NCBI GenBank assembly: GCA_037925075.1
Contig: JAXSNR010000001.1
Span: 704,001-768,000 of the forward strand
Source: Aquificaceae bacterium
Lineage (GTDB): Bacteria; Aquificota; Aquificia; Aquificales; Aquificaceae
Reading direction: 5' to 3'
DNA length: 64,000 nucleotides
The notes beneath the pieces are model-generated. The model made no database searches, had not been told where the DNA came from, and saw only the letters and a list, made by a program, of their open reading frames with translations. Shown here piece after piece: positions 10,620 through 19,790 of this stretch (position 1 is the stretch's first letter; each line of letters begins with the position of its first letter). A program made the translations under genes and the position numbers.

Positions 10620-12212
10620 ATGAAAAAGGCCCTTATACTTGGCAGTGGTCCAAACCGTATAGGTCAGGGTATAGAGTTTGATTACGCTTGCGTGCATGCG
10701 GTCTTTGCCCTCAGAGAACAGGACATAAAGACCATAATGGTTAATTGCAACCCAGAGACCGTTTCCACCGACTACGATACCGCGGATAGCCTTTACTTTG
10801 AGCCAGTAGTATTAGAAAACGTGCTTGAGGTCATAAGAAGAGAAAAGCCCAATGGTGTATTTCTTCAGTTTGGGGGTCAAACTCCTCTTAAGCTATCTCT
10901 TCCCCTCAAGGAGTTGGGCATAAACATACTGGGAACTTCTCCAGAAAGCATAGATATGGCGGAGGACAGGGAGCTTTTCAGAGGGTTGGTGGAAAGCTTG
11001 GGAATAAAACAGCCACCAAGCGGGACCGCAAGAACAAAGGAAGAGGCCCTTAGGATTGCAGAGGAGCTTACCTTTCCTGTGCTTGTGAGACCTTCCTACG
11101 TGCTAGGCGGTAGGGCTATGAGGATAGTATATGACAGGGATGAACTTTTGCAGTACCTTGAGGAGGCGGTAAGCGTAAGCTTTGAAAGGCCCATACTTAT
11201 AGACAAGTACCTTTCTGACAGCGTGGAGGTGGATGTGGATGCCATAGGAGACGGTGAGGACTACCTTATAGGTGCGGTGATGGAGCATATAGAAGAGGCG
11301 GGCGTCCATTCGGGAGACAGTGCCGCAAGCATACCACCCTACAGCCTTTCTGAGGAGGTGGTAGAGGAGATAAAAAGACAGTCCAAGCTCATAGCAAAAG
11401 CTCTAAAGGTAAAAGGGCTTGTGAACCTTCAGTTTGCGGTAAAGGATGGAGAGGTTTATGTGCTTGAGGTAAACCCAAGGGCTTCAAGGACCGTGCCCTT
11501 TGTAAGTAAAACCATAGGCTACCCTCTGGCAAAGCTCTCCGCTTTGGTGGGCGTAGGGAAAAAGTTGAGACAGCTAGTGCCGGAGGTATTTGAAAGGCTT
11601 GAAAAGGGGCAGGCACACTTAGCCAGCGACTTTATGAAGGCGGACAAGAAAATATACTCGGTCAAAGAGGTGGTCTTTCCTTGGAACAGGTTTCCAGAAG
11701 AAGACCCAGTGCTTGGTCCTGAGATGAAAAGCACGGGTGAGGTTATGGGTATTGCGGAAGACTTTGGCCTTGCCTACTACAAGGCACAGCTCTCCGCAGG
11801 AAATAGGCTACCTCTAACGGGTAGAGTTTTTATAAGCGTGGCGGACAGGGACAAGCCAAAGGTTGTGGACCTGGCGATGGGTTTTCTCGAGCTTGACTTT
11901 GAAGTCTATGCCACCAGTGGCACATATAGGTTTTTGAAGGAAAAAGGGCTAAGGGTAAAGCATGTGCTAAAGGTATCCGAAGGAAGGCCCAATGTGGTAG
12001 ATATGATAAAAAACCAAGAAATACAGCTTATCATAAATACACCTACTGGCAGAAGAGAAAGAAGCGATGCTTATCATATCAGAAGGTCTGCAGTGCAGTA
12101 TCACATACCCTACACCACCACGGTAAGGGGAGGGTATGCCATGCTTGAAGCCGTAAGGAGTTACATAAAGCACGGGGGCAAGCTAAAAGTTTATGCCCTT
12201 CAGGACCTATGA
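10620..12212 (+). CDS. carB: Carbamoyl-phosphate synthase large subunit, C-terminal half (split CarB)
   Basis: Starts at LGSGPNRIGQGIEFDY (second ATP-grasp repeat); RPSYVLGG, EVNPRASRT, MGS domain; only 530 aa. Confidence 0.92.
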   Translation: MKKALILGSGPNRIGQGIEFDYACVHAVFALREQDIKTIMVNCNPETVSTDYDTADSLYFEPVVLENVLEVIRREKPNGVFLQFGGQTPLKLSLPLKELGINILGTSPESIDMAEDRELFRGLVESLGIKQPPSGTARTKEEALRIAEELTFPVLVRPSYVLGGRAMRIVYDRDELLQYLEEAVSVSFERPILIDKYLSDSVEVDVDAIGDGEDYLIGAVMEHIEEAGVHSGDSAASIPPYSLSEEVVEEIKRQSKLIAKALKVKGLVNLQFAVKDGEVYVLEVNPRASRTVPFVSKTIGYPLAKLSALVGVGKKLRQLVPEVFERLEKGQAHLASDFMKADKKIYSVKEVVFPWNRFPEEDPVLGPEMKSTGEVMGIAEDFGLAYYKAQLSAGNRLPLTGRVFISVADRDKPKVVDLAMGFLELDFEVYATSGTYRFLKEKGLRVKHVLKVSEGRPNVVDMIKNQEIQLIINTPTGRRERSDAYHIRRSAVQYHIPYTTTVRGGYAMLEAVRSYIKHGGKLKVYALQDL

Positions 12213-12733
12213 AGATAGTGCTCACAGGAGAGCCAGGCGTAGGTAAGACAACCTTGATAAAAAAGCTTGTAAGTTCACTGGGAGATAGAGCAATAGGCTT
12301 CTGGACAGAGGAAGTCAGAGACCCAAAGACAAAGAAACGTACCGGCTTTAGAATACGTACCACCGACGGCAAAAGCTTACTCTTTGCCAGCAAAACCTTT
12401 ACCTCAAAACATCTTGTGGGGTCATACGGTGTGAATGTGGAAAGGTTTGAAAGCCTTGCCCTTCCCATTCTTGAAAAAGCCCTACAAGAGGACAAGGTGG
12501 TGGTCGTGGATGAGGTGGGCAAGATGGAGCTTTTCTCAAAGGCTTTTAGAGACTTGGTGAGAAGGCTCATTTATGATCAGAAGAAAGATATGGTGATAAC
12601 CATACCCATAAGGGATGTGCATCCTCTTGTGGCGGAGATAAGAAGGCTTAGGGAGGCGGTTCTTTTGGAGGTAAGCAAGGACAACAGAGAGGGGCTTTTG
12701 GAGGACATTCTGAGCCTTCTTGACAGGGTTTGA
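12209..12733 (+). CDS. THEP1-type NTPase (COG1618)
   Basis: LTGEPGVGKTT, GFWTEEVR, VVDEVGKMEL. Confidence 0.9.
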   Translation: MKIVLTGEPGVGKTTLIKKLVSSLGDRAIGFWTEEVRDPKTKKRTGFRIRTTDGKSLLFASKTFTSKHLVGSYGVNVERFESLALPILEKALQEDKVVVVDEVGKMELFSKAFRDLVRRLIYDQKKDMVITIPIRDVHPLVAEIRRLREAVLLEVSKDNREGLLEDILSLLDRV

Positions 12734-12749
12734 CTTTTTGGGATATAGT
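12720..12749 (+). promoter_or_regulatory. sigma70-type promoter for the 12785 gene
   Basis: TTGACA (12720-25), N18, TATAGT (12744-49); AAGGAGG SD follows. Confidence 0.6.
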
Positions 12750-12784
12750 TTTAACCGTCCCTTCTGGGGCAAAGGAGGGTTGCT

Positions 12785-13051
12785 ATGAAAAAGGTTTTAG
12801 TTTTGGCTTCAATGCTTTCAGTTCTTGGCCTTTCCGTGCCCATAGACTTTTCTTTTGCGGGCAATGAGACAAACAAGCAGGTTGTGCAGGGAAAGGCTAA
12901 GGGAGTTGCAAATAAGGAAAAGAGTATAAGCAAGAAGACACGCAAAAAGATTGCTTACAAAAAACCACGCTACGCCAAAAACGTTAATAGGCCTCAGGAA
13001 GGTGAAAACCTGAAATTGGAGGGTATGATAAAGGACCTCAATGAACAGTGA
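12785..13051 (+). CDS. Small exported, lysine-rich hypothetical protein
   Basis: Strong SD, signal peptide MKKVLVLASMLSVLGL..FSFA, basic mature region. Confidence 0.75.
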   Translation: MKKVLVLASMLSVLGLSVPIDFSFAGNETNKQVVQGKAKGVANKEKSISKKTRKKIAYKKPRYAKNVNRPQEGENLKLEGMIKDLNEQ

Positions 13052-13790
13052 AGAGATAAGGCTTATAGAAGAGCTGAAGATAAGGCAGGGGGACACATGG
13101 CGTGTGCTTAAGATAATGAGCGAGTTTGTGCAAGGCTTTGATGCTTTATCTTCCATAGGTCCTGCCATAACCTTCTTTGGAAGTTCAAGGCTTGATGAAT
13201 CGGACCCCTATTACAAAATGGCATACAGAACTGCCTTTATGCTTGGAAGTCTTGGCTTTCATATAGTCACTGGTGGTGGCCCTGGCATAATGGAGGCAGC
13301 AAACCGAGGAGGAAAGGACGCAGGAACTTTTTCAGTGGGTCTAAACATCCAGATACCCACCGAGCAGGTCCCCAACCCCTATCAAAACATATCTTTGAAC
13401 TTCGACTACTTCTTTGTTAGAAAGGTGATGCTTTTAAGGTATTCCACCGCTTACCTTATATTTCCCGGTGGTTTTGGCACTCTTGACGAGCTTTTTGAAG
13501 CTCTAACTCTAATACAGACGGGTAAAAGCCCCAAATTTCCCATTGTTCTCTTTGGTTCCCAATACTGGAAGCCTCTTCTGGATTTTATGAAAAACACCAT
13601 GGCGGTTTACCGCACCATAGACCAAGAAGATATGGACCTTATATCTTTGTGCGACAGCCCAGAAGAGGCAGTGGAGCTAATATTGGATGAAATGCTTTCC
13701 CTTTACAGAAGGCTTGAAAAGGAGGAAGCTTTTAATCCCATGTTTGAGAGGTTAAGGAACATACTGTCTGGAGCGGGAGTCCTATCATGA
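13041..13790 (+). CDS. LOG family (TIGR00730-type) nucleotide phosphoribohydrolase
   Basis: TGGGPGIMEAAN, YFFVRK, PGGFGTLDE. Confidence 0.92.
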   Translation: MNSEEIRLIEELKIRQGDTWRVLKIMSEFVQGFDALSSIGPAITFFGSSRLDESDPYYKMAYRTAFMLGSLGFHIVTGGGPGIMEAANRGGKDAGTFSVGLNIQIPTEQVPNPYQNISLNFDYFFVRKVMLLRYSTAYLIFPGGFGTLDELFEALTLIQTGKSPKFPIVLFGSQYWKPLLDFMKNTMAVYRTIDQEDMDLISLCDSPEEAVELILDEMLSLYRRLEKEEAFNPMFERLRNILSGAGVLS

Positions 13791-14938
13791 GACTTCTTCA
13801 TATAGCAGACCTTCATGCGGGCAAAAGGCTCTACGACAAGATAAACAGAAACGAGGACCTTATGTATGCCCTTGAACAGGTAAAGAGGATATGCAAAGAG
13901 GAGAGGGTAAGCCTTCTTCTGATGGCTGGGGATATTTTTGACAAAAAAAGCCCTGACTTTGAGTCTCAGGGGTTGATGATGGAATTTCTAACGGAGATGA
14001 ACGCCCTCGGACTGCAGATTCTTCTCATAGCGGGAAACCACGACAGCTACGACTTTTTTAAAATATACACAAACCTAAAGAAACTTGCCAACATTCATGT
14101 TTTTGATAGACCCTACGCAAACCTTAAAGAAGCCATATTCCAATATGATCAGTTAAAAGTTGCCTGCCTCCCCTATCCCGATGAGAGGGTTTTGACCCAT
14201 TTTGACGAAGAAAGGCAAAGGAGCTACGCGGACAAGGTGGCAAAGTATATGAGTGCCCTTGCCCGTGAGGTAGAAGATGTACGCTATAGGGTCCTTATGG
14301 CACACCTAATGGTGGACAGAGCTCAGATAGCAGGCAGTGAGCTTCAGTCAAGCGTAAGCCCCTATTATGCAATAAAAGCAGAAACCATTCCAGACACTTT
14401 TCAGTATGTAGCCCTAGGTCATGTTCACAAAAACCAGAGAATAGAAGGCGTAGCCCCTAAGGTTTACTATTCAGGCAGCCTCTATCAGATGGATTTTTCA
14501 GAAAAGGGAGCGGAAAAGTTTGTAAATTTAGTGGTGCTTGAGGATGGGATGGCAAAGGTAACACCCATAAGGCTTGACCTCAAAAGGCACCTTTTGGAGA
14601 TAAGGCTAAAAGAAGGAGATATTATACAAAAAGCCCTTGAGCCCTTGGCTAAGGAAAACCTACTGTTAAAGGTTATAATGGAAGTTAAAATGTCAGACCC
14701 CTTTTACCAGCAGAAGAGGGATATGGTGGTCAAAATTCTTGGCGATAGGCTTGCAAGGCTTGAGATGGAGCCTGTGGGGAACCTTGGAGAGACAAGGGCA
14801 GAATTTAAAAGCTTTGACCTTCTTAATCTTTATGAAGAGTTCCACAAGTTCAGATATAAGTCAGAGCCACCAGAGGAACTAAAACACCTTTTGCAAAAAC
14901 TTTTGGATAGAGTTAGCCATGAGACCCATAAGGCTTGA
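13787..14938 (+). CDS. sbcD: SbcD/Mre11 nuclease
   Basis: HIADLH, AGDIFD, AGNHD, ALGHVH, YSGS. Confidence 0.95.
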   Translation: MRLLHIADLHAGKRLYDKINRNEDLMYALEQVKRICKEERVSLLLMAGDIFDKKSPDFESQGLMMEFLTEMNALGLQILLIAGNHDSYDFFKIYTNLKKLANIHVFDRPYANLKEAIFQYDQLKVACLPYPDERVLTHFDEERQRSYADKVAKYMSALAREVEDVRYRVLMAHLMVDRAQIAGSELQSSVSPYYAIKAETIPDTFQYVALGHVHKNQRIEGVAPKVYYSGSLYQMDFSEKGAEKFVNLVVLEDGMAKVTPIRLDLKRHLLEIRLKEGDIIQKALEPLAKENLLLKVIMEVKMSDPFYQQKRDMVVKILGDRLARLEMEPVGNLGETRAEFKSFDLLNLYEEFHKFRYKSEPPEELKHLLQKLLDRVSHETHKA

Positions 14939-17900
14939 GCTTGAAAATTTTACCGTCTACAGAGGAAAACACAGCCTTGACTTTTCACCCCTTAACTTCT
15001 TTGTTATAAAGGGAAGGACTGGAGCGGGCAAAACAAGCCTTATAGATGCCATATGCTATGCCCTGTATGGAAAAGTACCAAGATACGGAAAAGAAAAAGC
15101 CCACGCACATCTTATCTCCAAAGGTCAAAGGTATATGCGTGTAGCTTTGGAGTTCTCAGTCAGAGGCAGGCGATACAGAATAGAAAGGGAGTACCAAGCA
15201 GACAAGAAGAGAAATCTGTCGGACTTTAGGTTTTACGAGGAGGGAAGACCCAAGCCCTTTAGAGAGGAGGAGCTAAATAGGTACCTCAAAGACATACTAA
15301 GGCTTGACTACAACATATTTACAAAGGTTATACTCCTGCCCCAAAACCAGTTTGATAGGTTCCTAAAGCCACAGGAACCCAAGGAAAGGAGGGAAATACT
15401 CAACTTACTTTTAGGCTTTTCTGAAGCCCTTTCTGGGCTCAAAAACTTGGTAGGTGAAGAATACAAGTCCCTTGTTAGTAAAATGCAATTTTTGCAATCC
15501 AGACTTGACCAGCTTTCCCACATAAGCCCAGGACTTATTCTTCAGAAGGAAAAAGAGCTAAAAGAGGTGGAAAGGGCTTACAAAGACCTTACGGAAAAAA
15601 AGTCCCAATTAGAATACCAACTCCTGAGGTGTAGAGAGAGAGATGTTTTACAGGATGAGCACAGGAAAACTAACGAAAGCCTAAAAAAGCTATCGGATGA
15701 GGAAAAAGAAATCACTCAGAAAAAACAGCGTCTTGAAATAGCCCTTGAGATACTCCCCCACCTTCCAAAGGTAGAGCAGTATGAGAGGATAAACTTAGAG
15801 GAAAAAAGGCTAAATGATGAAATGAGGCACAAGGAAATAGAGCTTAAAAAATATCAAGAAGAGATAAAAACGGTGGAAGAAGAGTTTGAAAAAGTAAATA
15901 AGGAGTTTGAAAACCTTGAAGTATACAACAATAAAAGGCTTAAAATTAGTCAAATTTTGCGTTCTGTTGAAGACTATATGGCACAAAAAAGGGAGTTAAA
16001 CCGTATAGAAACGGAAATAGCCCAGCTGGAAGAGGAAAAGCGTTCCCATGGTGAGAGATTAAAAGGTCTAAGAGATAAGCACAAAAGCTGTTTTGAGAAT
16101 ATAAACGAACTAAGGCAAGCCATACAAGAACTTGAAGGAATGAATATTGAAACAGAATTTATAAGGGCTCAGAAAAGAAAGGAGCAGGTAGAAAGATTAA
16201 GAGAGTTGGAAGAGGAAGAAAAGAAGTTTGAGAAAGAGTTAGAAGGCCTTAATAAAGAGCTTATGTCCAAAAAGGAAGATTTAGAAAGAGCCAAAAGAGA
16301 GCAGGAAGGTTTAACTTCTGAGATAGAAAATACAGAAGAGGGAATAAAAGCCCTTGAGTCCTTTTTAGAGGAAGAAGGAAAGGTCCTTCAGGAGCTTTTT
16401 AGCCTTGAAGAAAAGCTTAAAAAGGCTGTGGAGCTTGAAGAGGTAAGAAAAAACAAAGCTTTCTACCAGAAAAGATTGCAGGAGATAGAAGATAGCCTAA
16501 GGTCTGTGGAGAAGGACTTAGAAGAGTCGAGGGAGAGAAGGTTTGAAGTTTATGCCTTTGAGCTAAGAGTGAGATTAAAGGAAGGAGATATCTGTCCTGT
16601 ATGTGGTCAGAGTGCGAGACACATGGAGGTTGAGGAGACAAGGGAAGACCTAAAGGAGCTAATAGGAAAACAAGAAGAGCTGGAAAAAAGGGAAAGAGAC
16701 TTAAGGTCACAACTTCACCACATACAAGCCCAGATTTCTACCTTAGAAGGTAGGGAAAGGGAGATAGAAGAAGTGCTTAATGGACTAACTAAGGAAGATA
16801 TTCAAAACAAAGTCTCTGAGCTAAAGGGCATCCGTGAAGATATGTCCGAAAAAAGGCAATTACTAAAGCAAAAGGAACAAAATCTGAGAGAGCTAAGAAG
16901 GAAACAAACGGAGCTTTCACAGTCTATAGATAAGTTGAGGTTTGAAGAGGCTGAGATAAGGGAAAAAATTTCCTCAAAGTCTTCGCTCGTCAAAAGGCTT
17001 GAAGAGGAAAAGGCTTTTCTTAAAAATGCCTTAGGTGATAACTTGTGGGCTGTACTTGAAGAGGTGCAGAAGATAGAAGAGGACTACGAAAAGCTTCAAT
17101 CTTTGAAGGAAAGAGAGAAAAAGCTTATCCAAGAGCTTGAAGAAGTCCAGAGGGACCTCTCGGAAGAGGAGAGAAACTATACAAAGCTTGAAGAGAGACT
17201 AAAAAACCTAAAGGAACAAAAAAAGTCCTTAGAGGAAAAGCTTAATAGTATGGAGGAGGAAATCAAGGAAAGTACAAAAGAGCCACCTTCTGAGGTTTTG
17301 ATTTACAGATTAAACAAGTATATGCAAGACTTGGAAAAGAAAATAAAAGAACTGCAAGAAAAATACACAAAGACTACATCTTACTTACAGGGGCTAAAAG
17401 TAAAAGAGGCAAGCCTCAATTCGGATATACAAAACATAAAAGAGCGTCTTTCTTTTCTGCAGAGCCAAAAGGAAAGCATTGCCACTGAAATATACTCTCT
17501 TCTGAACAAGTTCGGAAGCTTTGAAAATATAAAGGCTTACGCCTTAAGTCAGGACCAAATAAAAATTCTTCAGGAGGAGATAGAGAAATACAATAAGGAA
17601 AAACACAATTTGGAAAACAAACTTTCAGAGCTTAAAAAAAGGCTTGAAGGTCTGAAGGACCTTCCTGAGACTTCCCTTGTGGAGGTAGAACTAAAGAACC
17701 TAAATGAGTCCATTCACGAAAACAGAAGGCTCTACGGAAGTCTTCAGGGTGAGATGGAAAAGCTAAAAAGGGAGCTTTCTGAAAAACAGGATCTGGAAGG
17801 AAACCTTAGGGAGCTTTTCTCAAGTCTGAGCCTGTATGAAAGGCTAAAGAACGACCTTATGGATAATCAGTTTCCAGAGTTTGTAAGCCAGCTTATGCTC

Positions 17901-18314
17901 AAAAAGGTCACCGTCATGGCAAACTACTATCTTTTTAAATTTACTTCTGGACAGTTTACCTTTGAGCTGGTTGAGGGAGACCTTCATATCTACGACCATG
18001 CCATAGGACATCATAGGGTGGTTTCAAGTCTCAGCGGTGGTGAGACATTTTTGGCTAGCATCTCTCTTGCCTTTGCGGTGGCGGACATTCTCTCTCAAAA
18101 TGCACCCCTTGAAAGCCTATTTATAGATGAGGGCTTTGGTTCTTTGGACAGAGAAACAAGAGAATCCTTTTCTGAGTTTTTTGACCTTATAAGACAATCC
18201 ACCGACAGGCTTGTGGGCATAATAACCCACGTGGAGGACATAGCGGAAAAGTTTGATCAAAGAATTGAAGTGGAAAAAAGGGATGGCTATACGAACCTAA
18301 AAGTCATATATTAG
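14919..18314 (+). CDS. sbcC: SbcC/Rad50 SMC-like ATPase
   Basis: Walker A GRTGAGKTS, long coiled coil with CPVC zinc hook, LSGGE signature, FIDEGFGSLD. Confidence 0.95.
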   Translation: MRPIRLELENFTVYRGKHSLDFSPLNFFVIKGRTGAGKTSLIDAICYALYGKVPRYGKEKAHAHLISKGQRYMRVALEFSVRGRRYRIEREYQADKKRNLSDFRFYEEGRPKPFREEELNRYLKDILRLDYNIFTKVILLPQNQFDRFLKPQEPKERREILNLLLGFSEALSGLKNLVGEEYKSLVSKMQFLQSRLDQLSHISPGLILQKEKELKEVERAYKDLTEKKSQLEYQLLRCRERDVLQDEHRKTNESLKKLSDEEKEITQKKQRLEIALEILPHLPKVEQYERINLEEKRLNDEMRHKEIELKKYQEEIKTVEEEFEKVNKEFENLEVYNNKRLKISQILRSVEDYMAQKRELNRIETEIAQLEEEKRSHGERLKGLRDKHKSCFENINELRQAIQELEGMNIETEFIRAQKRKEQVERLRELEEEEKKFEKELEGLNKELMSKKEDLERAKREQEGLTSEIENTEEGIKALESFLEEEGKVLQELFSLEEKLKKAVELEEVRKNKAFYQKRLQEIEDSLRSVEKDLEESRERRFEVYAFELRVRLKEGDICPVCGQSARHMEVEETREDLKELIGKQEELEKRERDLRSQLHHIQAQISTLEGREREIEEVLNGLTKEDIQNKVSELKGIREDMSEKRQLLKQKEQNLRELRRKQTELSQSIDKLRFEEAEIREKISSKSSLVKRLEEEKAFLKNALGDNLWAVLEEVQKIEEDYEKLQSLKEREKKLIQELEEVQRDLSEEERNYTKLEERLKNLKEQKKSLEEKLNSMEEEIKESTKEPPSEVLIYRLNKYMQDLEKKIKELQEKYTKTTSYLQGLKVKEASLNSDIQNIKERLSFLQSQKESIATEIYSLLNKFGSFENIKAYALSQDQIKILQEEIEKYNKEKHNLENKLSELKKRLEGLKDLPETSLVEVELKNLNESIHENRRLYGSLQGEMEKLKRELSEKQDLEGNLRELFSSLSLYERLKNDLMDNQFPEFVSQLMLKKVTVMANYYLFKFTSGQFTFELVEGDLHIYDHAIGHHRVVSSLSGGETFLASISLAFAVADILSQNAPLESLFIDEGFGSLDRETRESFSEFFDLIRQSTDRLVGIITHVEDIAEKFDQRIEVEKRDGYTNLKVIY

Positions 18315-18319
18315 TAAGG

Positions 18320-18814
18320 ATGAAAGCCACAAGCAAAAAGGAGTTAAAAGAGCTTTATGACAAAGACTTTCCCCTTTGGGCTGAGATAAACTTAGAACTT
18401 CTAAAAGAAAAAGCCTATGACCTCGTAGACTGGGAAAACCTATTGGAGGAAATAGAGGATATGGCAAGGTCTGACCTAAGGGGTTGTATAAGTCAGTTGG
18501 CAAGGATTTTGGAACATCTTTATAAGTGGGATAACTTCAAAGAGCTAGCTGGTGGTAAAACCGCAGGTATGGGATGGGTCAGAAGCATAGAGAATGCAAG
18601 GAACGAAATACTTGATACCTTTGACCTATCACCAAGCCTAAGGTCAAAACTGCCTTTGGAGCTTGACACTGCTTGGCGTTTTGCAAGGAGAAGGCTAAAC
18701 ACATGGCTTGTGCAAAACAACCAAAGACCAGAAGATTTTCATATCCCCGAAGAATGCCCCTACACTTACGAAACTGCCATGACAAGGGACTTAAGGAAGG
18801 AGATAAAACCATGA
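18320..18814 (+). CDS. DUF29 family protein, copy 1
   Basis: LY.KDF.LW..LL...DWENLLEEIEDM..LEHL.KW..PSL..P.ECPY signature. Confidence 0.88.
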   Translation: MKATSKKELKELYDKDFPLWAEINLELLKEKAYDLVDWENLLEEIEDMARSDLRGCISQLARILEHLYKWDNFKELAGGKTAGMGWVRSIENARNEILDTFDLSPSLRSKLPLELDTAWRFARRRLNTWLVQNNQRPEDFHIPEECPYTYETAMTRDLRKEIKP

Positions 18815-19305
18815 AAACCATAAGCAAGGAAGAGTTAAAAGAGCTTTACGACAAAGATTTTCCCCTTTGGGCTGAAATCAATTTAGAGCTTCTTAGGGAA
18901 AAAGCCTATGACCTTGTGGATTGGGAAAATCTCCTGGAGGAAATAGAGGATATGGCAAGGTCGGACTTAAAAGCCTGTATAAGCTATTTAGCGGTGATTT
19001 TGGAACACCTTTATAAGTGGGACCACTTTAGAGATTTGGCAGGTGGAGAAACTGCGGGAAGGTCTTGGATGAAAAGCGTAGAAAAGGCAAGGAACGAGAT
19101 TAGAACCATGTTTATGGATTATCCAAGCTTGAGGAATAAACTTCCCAACGAAGTTGAAAAGGCGTGGAGACATGCGGTAAGCAGGCTAAAAGGATGGCTT
19201 ATAGACAATGACTACGAGCCAGAGGACTTTAACATACCTGAAAAATGCCCCTACACTTACGAAACCGCCATGACAAGGGACCTAAGAAAGGAGATAAAGC
19301 CATGA
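18811..19305 (+). CDS. DUF29 family protein, copy 2
   Basis: Paralog of copy 1; start reassigned to ATG 18811 (AGGAG SD, ATGA overlap). Confidence 0.88.
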   Translation: MKTISKEELKELYDKDFPLWAEINLELLREKAYDLVDWENLLEEIEDMARSDLKACISYLAVILEHLYKWDHFRDLAGGETAGRSWMKSVEKARNEIRTMFMDYPSLRNKLPNEVEKAWRHAVSRLKGWLIDNDYEPEDFNIPEKCPYTYETAMTRDLRKEIKP

Positions 19306-19790
19306 AAACCATAAGCAAAGAAGAGTTAAAAGAGCTTTATGACAAAGATTTTCCACTCTGGGCTGAAATCAACTTGGAGCTTCTAAAAGAAAAAGCCTAT
19401 GACCTTGTGGATTGGGAAAACCTATTGGAGGAAATAGAAGATATAGCACAGAGGCACTTAGATGCTTGTGTAAGCTATTTAGCGGTTATTTTGGAACACC
19501 TTTATAAGTGGGACCACTTTAGAGACTTAGCGGGCGGAGGGACCGCAGGGAGAAAGTGGATAAAGAGTGTTTTGGTCTCAAGGCTGGAAATAGATGCCAT
19601 GTTTAAGAAATACCCAAGCCTGAAATCAAAGCTACCCAAAGAGCTTAAAACCGCATGGATAGACGCTAGAAAGGAGCTATTCAAGTGGCTTATTAAAAAG
19701 GACCTTGACCCAGAGAACTTTTCCATACCCGAAGAATGCCCCTACACTTATGAGATTGCAATGACAAGAGACCTAAGAAGGGAACAATGA
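19302..19790 (+). CDS. DUF29 family protein, copy 3
   Basis: Paralog; start reassigned to ATG 19302 (AGGAG SD, ATGA overlap). Confidence 0.88.
   Translation: MKTISKEELKELYDKDFPLWAEINLELLKEKAYDLVDWENLLEEIEDIAQRHLDACVSYLAVILEHLYKWDHFRDLAGGGTAGRKWIKSVLVSRLEIDAMFKKYPSLKSKLPKELKTAWIDARKELFKWLIKKDLDPENFSIPEECPYTYEIAMTRDLRREQ

Larger units (their letters stand above)
18320..19790 (+). repeat. Tandem triplication, 491-bp unit
   Basis: Start codons at 18320, 18811, 19302; near-identical 5' blocks (AAAGAGCTTTA(T/C)GACAAAGA..) and 3' blocks (AATGCCCCTACACTTA..ATGACAAG). Confidence 0.9.

Noticed and set aside
15500..17850. Low-complexity GAA/AAA-rich stretch in sbcC
   Set aside because: Ordinary E/K-rich coiled coil, not a DNA repeat
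18673..19301. Longer N-termini of DUF29 copies 2 and 3 in the ORF track (18673, 19245)
   Set aside because: The extensions overlap the previous paralog; homologous starts with SD are at 18811 and 19302
18320..19790. Repeated DNA blocks as a CRISPR array or IS elements
   Set aside because: The repeats are 491-bp protein-coding paralogs; no short repeat-spacer pattern, cas gene, transposase or terminal inverted repeats
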